A stretch of 64,000 nucleotides of DNA from Clostridia bacterium. GTDB taxonomy: Bacteria; Bacillota; Clostridia; Peptostreptococcales; JAAYPU01. A model generated the notes under the pieces. It had not been told where the DNA came from. It was given only the letters and a program-made list of their open reading frames with translations, and made no database searches. The stretch is from assembly GCA_016278615.1 (NCBI GenBank), contig JADQBM010000067.1:7143-71142 (forward strand), read 5' to 3'. Of the stretch, positions 1-8,239 are shown in pieces. The translations under genes and the position numbers were made by a program. Position 1 is the first letter of the stretch. The number at the start of each line of letters is the position of its first letter.

Positions 1-48
1 GGCAACCTTTATGATAGGGTTCGCCATAGCGGGCCTATCATCGATTTC

Positions 49-2028
49 TCATGGTAACTTTTTAAAATCTTTTATTGTTTTAATTCTGGCTCCTGGGGGG
101 AGAGCACCTCTAACAACCTTCTCCCAAGGGGTCCCTACTATATTCTCCATAATAACGATTGCACCTCGGTCCTCCTTTGTCCTTATTAGCCTTCCACATC
201 CTTGTTTTAATTTAAGTCCCATTTCAGGGTAATCAACTGTCATCATTGGGTCCAATCCTTCTTCCTTCGCCTCTTTACGTTGTACTTCTATTAAAGGATC
301 TAGCGCCGGAAAAGGAAGCTCCCAAACTACAAGAAGTGATAATGCCTCTCCAGGTATATCAATTCCCTCCCAAAAGCTAGTGCCAATTAGTACAGACGAC
401 ACGTCTTCTCGAAATTTTCGTACAAGATACCCTCGGTCTCCTTTATCTTCCCATAATACTTCAAAAGGAAGCTGATGGTTTTTAAATTCTTTTCTAATTC
501 TCTTAACTTCATTTAATGAGTTGATGAGTACAAGGGCGCGTCCTTTATTTTCCCTCAATATTGATACCAATTGCTCAATGGCTGGGGATACTTTATCATC
601 TTCAGGGCTTTTCTCCAAGCTATGTGCTAAATAAACAACAACCTGCTTTTCCATATCAAAGGAACTTCCAACAGTAGAATTGGTTGGCGCCTTTAACCCC
701 AAAGTACGTGAAAAATAACTGAAATCCCCTTCATTGCTTAAAGTTGCAGAAGTAAACACTACAGGTATTTTCTTTTGAAACAAATGTATATCTAGCAATT
801 CACTTAAATTCCGAGGAACCACCCAAAAACTACCATCCAATTGATCTACCCAAGTAATGACATCTTTGCTTTTATTTCCACTGAACCTATATAACGCCGT
901 CATTGCCATTTCAATTTGATTTTCAAATGTTTGTAGCATTCTTATGGTTAAAGCTTCTATGTACAGTTCTTGTTCGATTTGCATCTCTAATAGTAAGCGA
1001 TCTAAAACCTTATAAAAAGCATCCGCTGCTTTAAGCAGATTATCGTCTACTCGAATTGCTAAACGTTCTGAACGGTCATCTGCAACCACGCAGTGATTAA
1101 GAATATCAAAGAAATTGGAAAATGCTTTTTCTAAAGCAATCGCAGTTAAAATGAGAGACTCTCTTGCCCCCTGTATTTGTTCTATAGAAAAAATAATGTT
1201 ATCCATCTCTTCTTGATTAATTTTTTGCCCCGCCTGCATGGCTGCTGGAAGCATCACTTTATGACCCTCATCAAAAATAACTAAAGAATAATTGGGAAGA
1301 AGCGGCATTTTACCATCTGCAATTCGTTGGTCTCGAGTCCATAGATCTTCAAAAAAGAGTCCTCGGTCAGCAATAATCAGGTCTTTGGCAGGTCGATAGT
1401 GTTCTCTGGCTCTAACAACCTTACAAAACCCGCTACTTGAACACGTATCACAGGGCATAGATTCATCCCACCCTATCTGCTTCCACACACGATCTGAAAT
1501 ATGTGGTATTTCGGAGCGTTCACCTGTTTTAGTCTTGTCTAACCACTGATTAATCTCATCCGTCTGAGTATTATCGCCCGTCTCGTTTCTTGAGTCATTA
1601 ACCCGCTCATCACAAATATACTGACGCCTGTCCTTTGCCATTCGTGCATCTACCTCTAACCCAAGTATATCTGATAGAGTCTGAATATCTCCCTTAGGTC
1701 CGGCCAGCTGTTCTTGAAGTGCTGTTGAAGCACAGGCAATCACTACAGGTCTCCCACTGAAGCGGGCATAGGCTATTGCTGTGAGCAGGTAAGCAAATGT
1801 TTTTCCAATACCAAGTCCTGCTTCCGCTAGGTGAATTTTTTTATTGCAAACGGCATCCGCAAGCTGAAAAGCCGTAAATATTTGTTCCTCTCGAACTTCA
1901 TAACCGTGTTCCGGGAGAATATCATAAAAAACATCACCAATCCAATTGATCAATCCAGTTTGAAATTCTTCTTTGTTATTGTAATCAAAGGGTACTTTCT
2001 GCTTTACATACATACGCTGTTCCTCCAA
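49..2028 (-). CDS. DinG/XPD (Rad3)-family ATP-dependent DNA helicase, probable Fe-S type
   Basis: 659-aa ORF. Walker A-like AGLGIGKTFAYLL and DEGH box (VIFDEGH). Cys-rich segment (YICDE ... MPCDTCSSSGFC) in the position of the XPD/DinG Fe-S domain. C-terminal helicase motifs (FTSATL, SFWEGIDIPG). RBS GGAGGAA lies 6 nt upstream of the ATG. Confidence 0.8.
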   Translation of the reverse strand: MEEQRMYVKQKVPFDYNNKEEFQTGLINWIGDVFYDILPEHGYEVREEQIFTAFQLADAVCNKKIHLAEAGLGIGKTFAYLLTAIAYARFSGRPVVIACASTALQEQLAGPKGDIQTLSDILGLEVDARMAKDRRQYICDERVNDSRNETGDNTQTDEINQWLDKTKTGERSEIPHISDRVWKQIGWDESMPCDTCSSSGFCKVVRAREHYRPAKDLIIADRGLFFEDLWTRDQRIADGKMPLLPNYSLVIFDEGHKVMLPAAMQAGQKINQEEMDNIIFSIEQIQGARESLILTAIALEKAFSNFFDILNHCVVADDRSERLAIRVDDNLLKAADAFYKVLDRLLLEMQIEQELYIEALTIRMLQTFENQIEMAMTALYRFSGNKSKDVITWVDQLDGSFWVVPRNLSELLDIHLFQKKIPVVFTSATLSNEGDFSYFSRTLGLKAPTNSTVGSSFDMEKQVVVYLAHSLEKSPEDDKVSPAIEQLVSILRENKGRALVLINSLNEVKRIRKEFKNHQLPFEVLWEDKGDRGYLVRKFREDVSSVLIGTSFWEGIDIPGEALSLLVVWELPFPALDPLIEVQRKEAKEEGLDPMMTVDYPEMGLKLKQGCGRLIRTKEDRGAIVIMENIVGTPWEKVVRGALPPGARIKTIKDFKKLP

Positions 2029-2067
2029 TAAAGTAACTCGAATTTGTTTGTTTCTATATAAACAGAG

Positions 2068-2295
2068 TTCTTGGCTTCAGGTGGAGTTTTAAACTCCATC
2101 TGAAGCTTAGAAATCGTTATCCAGGGGCTGTTGAATTCTTATCTCCACCCTGTAGAGGATGGAGTCTTAGAATTCTTAGTCATCGGATAAAATGCATCTT
2201 AAATAGAATAACCATTTCTTCGCCTTAATATTTTTCAAACTAAGAACCCTAACGAAAATTCCCTCGAACCAGTAGTCTGAGGGAAAATATGTTAG
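2068..2295. repeat. Three long imperfect palindromic hairpins (2068-2112, 2133-2175, 2249-2295) in the helicase upstream spacer
   Basis: Hairpin A pairs ttcttggcttcaggtggagttt with aaactccatctgaagcttagaa. Hairpin B pairs gaattcttatctccaccct with aggatggagtcttagaattc. Hairpin C nests ctaac..ccctc with gaggg..gttag. A and B share TTCTTA/TAAGAA flanks and a CTCCA/TGGAG core. Confidence 0.5.
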
Positions 2296-2385
2296 CGCCC
2301 CTATTTTTTTAACCAAGAATCCTCAAGCATTACACTGTTAAAATCAGTTGTTAGGCGGCGTATTCATATCACAGTTTCGGCTGCA

Positions 2386-3672
2386 TCAATCTAAAATAAG
2401 CGTTGTCAGCTGAGTATGCTTAACTAATTCTTCTTCTTCTAGATATTTAATAACTGTCTGCCAATATGTCTTATCTTGAATAATGGTTTTTGATAATGAT
2501 TGAATTAGCTTAAGTACCAAATCATCATTCATTCCTTTATTATAGGTTGCTAGTCCAACTAGATTAAATTTGACCAAACCGTAAATCACGCATAATTTCA
2601 TATACGAAGTCCAAATGTCTTTTAAATCGAAAAGTTCGCAACTGTAAACAAAAACATAATTAACAAGAAAGTTCTCTAAAATATAGGATTTTTTATCCAA
2701 GTAGGGTTTTAGATATTTTTCATGATTTCTCTTATAATGTTTTTCCAACTCTTCATCTTTGATATTTGTAAAGGTGTCCAAGACTTGCATCAAGCACTCT
2801 ATATATCTCTTGGAAAAAAAGCTGATACTATCTCCTTCTTTAAACTTCATTGAAAGCATGGTGTTTAAATGATGAAACTGCTGTGTGTTTTTAAATTGAT
2901 GTTTGTTTTCTATGGTTTTTAATTCTTGCAGATCAACAAAAGATTTTGCTTCTTTGATTGTGGTTAATGCTTCCTCATAATTAAGACTTGAAAAATCAGT
3001 ACCCTCAACGATTTGATTCAAGAAGCAGCCAACAAAGGCTACTCTTTTACTTAACTCAATTGTTCGTTTTTGTAAGAAGTCAATTACCGTTGCTCTGATT
3101 TCATTGATGATCTCTATTTGTTTCAAATCTTCAATGGGAGATGAAACGACATACAGGTCATTGAACTTTACAGAATCCATAATAGACTCAAATTCAATCC
3201 CATTATCATTTAATAATGCCAGTTCTGCAGCAACAGAGCAAGACATTTCTAATCCACGTTCTATTACATCCTTTACTAAGACAATTGCTCGCGGATAACT
3301 TTTGCATGTCTTTGACAAACTACTCTCTCCCATGTTGATGAATATCTCGCAAAGGTTATTCTGATTTAAAAACGGACATGTCATTTCGTTATTAAGATTA
3401 ATGATTCCAAAATCATTCTCATTAATAGATGCTTTATTTATAGAAAGTCTCGTTTTTACAATTTCTTTAATGATCTCATTTTCACTCTGAATATATTTCT
3501 CATATGTGCCTTTATCAATGATTATTTTCCATCGTTCACAACAGGTTTCATTGCATCTAATTGGATCACACTGAAACTTGCTATAATACTTAGGTTGTAA
3601 TACTTTATACTCTTTTTCAATAGTCATATTATTAACTAATCTCCTTATTCGGGGTGCTATTGCGTTCTTCAT
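2386..3672 (-). CDS. Cys-rich FliB-like protein (flagellin lysine-N-methylase family / YkgJ-type CxxCxxCC fold)
   Basis: 428-aa ORF. The N-terminal signature YYSKFQCDPIRCNETCCERWKIIIDKGTYEKY resembles the conserved start of FliB-family proteins. There is no flagellar context in the window. The start is ambiguous; the Met at 3627 is an alternative. Confidence 0.45.
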   Translation of the reverse strand: MKNAIAPRIRRLVNNMTIEKEYKVLQPKYYSKFQCDPIRCNETCCERWKIIIDKGTYEKYIQSENEIIKEIVKTRLSINKASINENDFGIINLNNEMTCPFLNQNNLCEIFINMGESSLSKTCKSYPRAIVLVKDVIERGLEMSCSVAAELALLNDNGIEFESIMDSVKFNDLYVVSSPIEDLKQIEIINEIRATVIDFLQKRTIELSKRVAFVGCFLNQIVEGTDFSSLNYEEALTTIKEAKSFVDLQELKTIENKHQFKNTQQFHHLNTMLSMKFKEGDSISFFSKRYIECLMQVLDTFTNIKDEELEKHYKRNHEKYLKPYLDKKSYILENFLVNYVFVYSCELFDLKDIWTSYMKLCVIYGLVKFNLVGLATYNKGMNDDLVLKLIQSLSKTIIQDKTYWQTVIKYLEEEELVKHTQLTTLILD

Positions 3673-3701
3673 TATAATTCAAGACTTACTTGTTTGTAAT
3701 T

Positions 3702-3983
3702 TTATTCATTCAATCCCTTGCTATATTTTTTTTCATTTTTATCCCATTCAAACATAAACTTCACTATTGCAACTAAGGATACTCCGAAAAACACGCAAAA
3801 ATACGTTGGCAAATAATAGGCAAACGAATATGTGCTAGGAGAATTGTATAAAAGCACACTTCCCATTACAACCCCTATTAGCGCAAAGGTCCCTGCTAAT
3901 CCACCATGTTTCAGTACATACTTTAGCTTTCCTTCTTGCCTTTTCACTTCCCATGTTAAAATAAATTGTTTATGATCTTTCAA
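3702..3983 (-). CDS. Small two-TM membrane protein, unknown function
   Basis: 93-aa ORF with a TTG start preceded by GGAGGGG (5-nt spacer). Two hydrophobic helices (LAGTFALIGVVMGSVLLY and YFCVFFGVSLVAIV). Confidence 0.5.
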   Translation of the reverse strand: MKDHKQFILTWEVKRQEGKLKYVLKHGGLAGTFALIGVVMGSVLLYNSPSTYSFAYYLPTYFCVFFGVSLVAIVKFMFEWDKNEKKYSKGLNE

Positions 3984-4072
3984 CTTGACCCCTCCAAAAT
4001 AATTTGATGAGATTATGCCTTCATCTATTAAAAACTCTTTATATTATATCATAGGGTCTTGATAGATCTTTA

Positions 4073-4162
4073 TTAATTTAATTCTAGCACCATTAAATAA
4101 TCGTCTCCTTTTTCAGCTAGAATTTCAAACCCTATCTTCTTATACATTCCCACGGCATAATT
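4073..4162 (-). pseudogene. C-terminal remnant of a GNAT acetyltransferase
   Basis: A 29-codon minus-strand frame reads NYAVGMYKKIGFEILAEKGDDYLMVLELN-stop. This matches the typical GNAT C-terminal A-x-G-x-Y-x-K-x-GF motif. An in-frame stop sits directly upstream, so no N-terminal part remains. Confidence 0.4.
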
Positions 4163-4210
4163 CTATTTATCTAAGTCAGAAAACGAGCCAAATATACTAG
4201 ATGGTCTCTT

Positions 4211-4681
4211 CTATTTTATGTGTATTAAATATAGCACCCCATCACTTTTAGTAACCTCGAAGTTTAAACTGTTCTCTAAATGAAGCATGGTAGCGACATT
4301 CTTATAATTCTCACCCGAAAAAACGATACTATATTTGTTGCTTGTAGGATATCCATATATATAACAAACCACTTTCCCATCCTTTAAAAAAACTATTTGA
4401 TTCATTCCCTCACTAACGGTTTCTTTAATATTGTCCCATTTATAACCTACAACATCATATATCTTATCTTTAGGTGTATATGGGTCAAATGAATATACTA
4501 CATCCCATTCAAATGGTGTTATCTCTGTTAAATCAATTGTTTCAACGGTTTCCTCAATTGATAATACCTCATTTTTTAATAACTTTGCATTTGAATCCCA
4601 CAATTCTTTCTTGAACTGGCTAATTAAAATGACAACCCCTATTATGCTAATGATTACAATCATTACTTTTTTAACCTTCAT
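4211..4681 (-). CDS. N-terminally membrane-anchored protein, unknown function
   Basis: The ORF track gives 4211..4723. The internal Met (MKVKKVMIVIISIIGVVILI) has a GGAGGA RBS at 7 nt, so I prefer a start at 4681. One TM helix followed by a soluble domain. It lies directly downstream of the MutS-related gene and is probably co-transcribed. Confidence 0.55.
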   Translation of the reverse strand: MKVKKVMIVIISIIGVVILISQFKKELWDSNAKLLKNEVLSIEETVETIDLTEITPFEWDVVYSFDPYTPKDKIYDVVGYKWDNIKETVSEGMNQIVFLKDGKVVCYIYGYPTSNKYSIVFSGENYKNVATMLHLENSLNFEVTKSDGVLYLIHIK

Positions 4682-4737
4682 GTCAATATCCTCCAGTTCC
4701 ACCTTCTCTATTTCTTCATTCACATCTTAAATAAAAA

Positions 4738-6534
4738 TTAATCTATCCCTATCATCTTCATAAGATATAAAGCATTCCTTGTTGTAGAAATACCTTCTCT
4801 TAGTTGGTAATCAAAACGAATTTCGTTATCCTTATAATATTCTTGAAAATGATAATTTTTAATTGTATTCTTGCTTTCTCTTTCTAAAACCCCTAACTCA
4901 AGGTCATGGGTTGATACAAGACCTATATATCCCTTGCCCTGTAGTTGTTTGACTAACTTTTTTGCACCTATATGTCGATCATAAGAGTTCGTCCCTTTGA
5001 GTATTTCATCTAGGATAAAGAATACTTGTATATCCTCCTCAGTAGCTTTCACTATTTCTTTAATTCTTAATAGTTCTCCATAAAATGAGGATATACCTTT
5101 CTCAAGATTATCACTTATTCTCATGCATGTATGGATGCTAAAAAGTGAGCATATCATGGATCTCGCACAAACTGGCGCTCCTGCATAGGCAAGTACGAGA
5201 TTGATGCCTATTGTTCTCAGAAAAGTGCTCTTTCCAGACATATTAGAGCCAGTTATTAACAATATTTGTAAAGAGTCCTGAATATTTACATCATTACAAA
5301 CTTGTCTATTTGTGAGCAAGGGGTGCCCTATTTCCTTGGCTTGAAGCAATGAAGGTTTCTCAGTAATTTGTGGCATTGTCCAGTTTGGGTAATCGTATGC
5401 TATAGTCCCAAAACTAGAGAGTGCTTCAATCTCACCTATCTTTTGTAACCATTCCTCAAGTATTAATCCAGACTCTCTTTTCCACCGTTCCAGTTCAATT
5501 AAGCATTGATAATCCCATAGAAAAATCACATTAATGAGAAGAAAGATCATATTGTTTCTGTTTTCAATCCTACCAACCAATATCTCTAGTCTTTTCAATT
5601 GTTGTGGAGCGGATAAGCCTTTATTGTTGAATAACCCATCACTTAATTCCCTAAGATATCTAGATCTAAAGTTTACTTTTTCAAGGTTCCCCAGTATCCT
5701 TTTGTATACTTTAATACTCTTCTTGTACTTATAAACTTGGGTAAACTCCCAATTCCTTTTTTTTAGATTAATAGTAAGGAGCATGAATTGAAAAATAATT
5801 AGTAATAATGGAATCCCTTCTATGATGATATGCGCTACAAAAGCTAATAGAAAGGTACTTATTGTGATAATAGGCAACACACGAAATATTCCAATCATAA
5901 AAACACGACAATATAATGGTTGTTTCGTTTTAGCCCAGTTTATTAAAGCTTCAATATTGACACTCTTTTCGTCAAGCATTCTTCCTTCTACCTGAAGTTT
6001 ATGTCTTAACCATCGCTTAGTCGATAATTCACTGATTGCTTCCTGCCTTTTAATGATTGTCTCTTTATCTTTATATGGCTGTTTCAAGATATTTGAGAGC
6101 CTAACTCTTCCCATATAAGTATTCGCAGAATTAATCCACTGAAAGAGAGATCCTTGTCCAAAAATATCAAGGTCATAGGAGAACTTGTGTTTTTCATCTA
6201 TAAAATCTTCTCCACTATCTTTAAACTCAGTCCATCTACCTTCTAACCTCTTAATAGAATCAACATTTACATCTATAAGGATAGATATATACTTATGTGC
6301 TTCTCTGAGTTTCCTATGTCTTATAACCAGGTAGCTAAACAATAGCATCCACAGCAATGAAATGCTCCCAGTAATCAGCTGTCCTCCTAAACTGCTTGCA
6401 AAGATTAAGGTAACAATTAAAGCTCCTGCAGTTACCAATCTTAGCAGGCTAATAACATTCATATTTTTTGACACCTTATCTAATAATCGTCCATAATATC
6501 GGACTCTTCTTTTGTATATCTTCATGGAATCCAT
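4738..6534 (-). CDS. Membrane-associated MutS-related ATPase (MutS domain V only, no mismatch-binding domain)
   Basis: 598-aa ORF. Walker A LITGSNMSGKSTFLRTIG, a DEILKGT Walker B-like motif and the STHDLEL motif of the MutS ABC-type ATPase. Two hydrophobic helices near the N-terminus and two more near residues 200-250. Confidence 0.8.
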   Translation of the reverse strand: MDSMKIYKRRVRYYGRLLDKVSKNMNVISLLRLVTAGALIVTLIFASSLGGQLITGSISLLWMLLFSYLVIRHRKLREAHKYISILIDVNVDSIKRLEGRWTEFKDSGEDFIDEKHKFSYDLDIFGQGSLFQWINSANTYMGRVRLSNILKQPYKDKETIIKRQEAISELSTKRWLRHKLQVEGRMLDEKSVNIEALINWAKTKQPLYCRVFMIGIFRVLPIITISTFLLAFVAHIIIEGIPLLLIIFQFMLLTINLKKRNWEFTQVYKYKKSIKVYKRILGNLEKVNFRSRYLRELSDGLFNNKGLSAPQQLKRLEILVGRIENRNNMIFLLINVIFLWDYQCLIELERWKRESGLILEEWLQKIGEIEALSSFGTIAYDYPNWTMPQITEKPSLLQAKEIGHPLLTNRQVCNDVNIQDSLQILLITGSNMSGKSTFLRTIGINLVLAYAGAPVCARSMICSLFSIHTCMRISDNLEKGISSFYGELLRIKEIVKATEEDIQVFFILDEILKGTNSYDRHIGAKKLVKQLQGKGYIGLVSTHDLELGVLERESKNTIKNYHFQEYYKDNEIRFDYQLREGISTTRNALYLMKMIGID

Positions 6535-6884
6535 TGAATTCTTAGCTCCTTAAGTCATTAATACTATATTGATAGAATCTTTCATCCTTATTTAATCCAA
6601 CCCTTAGGTAAAGCCCTTAGGCACACTATACCAAATTATTCCATATTATCATATCATAAAATGAATGCTTCTGGTGTACTATAAGGATTCAAACTCAGTT
6701 AAAGTCGCTTGCAACTTATTATCTCTTTAACTGTCGGTTTTTATTTTAGTAAAACGAAACGTCCCCGAAGAACCTTTGATATTACCTTCAAAAGGTGAAA
6801 TCTCATCCTATCTATTATCAAATAGGTATTGTCATAATTTTAAATTGGTGTTGAAAAAAATTTTAAAATTAAATATTATTTGAG

Positions 6885-7353
6885 TTGAGAAAAAGATTGG
6901 GGGATGATTGTACTTTGGAAGAATTATATAATATGATTTTTAAAAGAAAGTCCTTTATAAGATTTGATGACACTTTAACCCTTTCAGAAAATGAGTTAAA
7001 GGATATAGATCAAAAAATTAAAAACTTATTTCCTCTTGTAAACATAGAAATAAGATGGAAATTGTTCCAAGAGAAAAAACTACATCTAAACGTGGAGAAT
7101 ACTGTTTGCTTATTTATAGCGAAGAAAAAGAACATTACTTGTTAAATACTGGTTATATGTTTGAACAATTGGATCTATATTTAGCATCAAAGAATATCGG
7201 CGTATGTTGGTATGGAATGGGAAAATTAAAAGAGCCTCAATGCAACAACTTAAAATATGTAATAAAAACTTTTCATTTCAACGAATTCTGAGTCCTGAAA
7301 ATGAGGATTCTAATTTAATTTCTATTGCAACATATGCTTTGGAAAAAAAGTAG
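6885..7353 (+). pseudogene. Frameshifted nitroreductase-family gene
   Basis: Nitroreductase-like pieces occur in three different frames. 6885-7145 has LEELYNMIFKRKSFIRFDD (the RRSIRxF-type motif). 7055-7291 has YCLLIYSEEKEHYLLNTGYMFEQLDLYLASKNIGVCWYG. 7288-7353 has LSPENEDSNLISIATYALEKK-stop. Confidence 0.7.
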
Positions 7354-7361
7354 GATATGTT

Positions 7362-7413
7362 AACCGCAGTTACTTATGATACGTTCACCGTATCGCTATA
7401 AAAGCGTTTTTTT
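7362..7413 (+). terminator. Rho-independent terminator-like element, copy 1 of a repeated terminator module
   Basis: aaccgcagttac, then the gatacgttcaccgtatc hairpin, then gctataaaagcg and a T7 run. It is related to the minus-strand element at 13268-13324. Confidence 0.5.
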
Positions 7414-7519
7414 ATCAAGTTTAAGCAATAGTTCTTAAAATAATTGAACTATCTCGGGACAACGAACCTGTCCCCTTGTCCCTGATATAGTATTGAAGAA
7501 TTGTGAACAGTTTATCGTA

Positions 7520-8239
7520 TTATTGATTACTTTCCTTGCTTTTAATAACCAATCGCAACTTATTGTTTGTATCACAAGTAACCAACGTCAGTGTACGGAC
7601 CTCATTTGTCGTTAATTTCTCTACTTCATCAGGCATTATAGTTAATATTTCATAGACTTCGTAGGTTATTTTTCTGCCAGTCAGATCAGTAAGGTCTATC
7701 AAATCTCCAATTCCAAGCAAATGTAAGCTTCCGAAATGTGCTCCATTTAAATAATTATGTCCAATAACAATTAAGTTTCCTGGTTCATTTGGTTCTGGTC
7801 CACTAAACTTGTTAACTGAAATGTCTAGAAGCTCATAACTCCATTCTGATAACACGGATAAGTTTAAGCCTGTTTTTTCAATTTGTAATTTTGCTATAGG
7901 TGTATACTCAACTTTGGTTTTCTCTATTGGCTTGGAAGGAAGTTGCTGAACCTCAGCAGAATTTATTTCTTCATCATTAGTGTTCTGGGACTCAGATATT
8001 GCCGCAGTATTCTGGGGCTTAGACGTTTCCGTTTTTAGTGCTACCTTTTCAAACTTCTCAAGCAGCAGCTGAGCATTTTTTTGTGCCATTTTACCTTCCA
8101 TATATACTGGATATGCACTACTTATCGCAAGAATTAGTAATATACCACTAATAATGAAAGCCCACGTCTGAAATGTAAAAAAGGCAAGAATATTCTTGCC
8201 CTTTCTATTATTACTATTTTTTTTAGATAAGTTATTCAT
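7520..8239 (-). CDS. Sortase (cysteine transpeptidase)
   Basis: 239-aa ORF with an N-terminal TM anchor. Catalytic His in LIVIGHN, a TLVTCD (TLxTC) active-site motif, and a downstream Arg (KLRLVIKS). The start overlaps the upstream surface-protein gene by 8 nt. Confidence 0.85.
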   Translation of the reverse strand: MNNLSKKNSNNRKGKNILAFFTFQTWAFIISGILLILAISSAYPVYMEGKMAQKNAQLLLEKFEKVALKTETSKPQNTAAISESQNTNDEEINSAEVQQLPSKPIEKTKVEYTPIAKLQIEKTGLNLSVLSEWSYELLDISVNKFSGPEPNEPGNLIVIGHNYLNGAHFGSLHLLGIGDLIDLTDLTGRKITYEVYEILTIMPDEVEKLTTNEVRTLTLVTCDTNNKLRLVIKSKESNQ

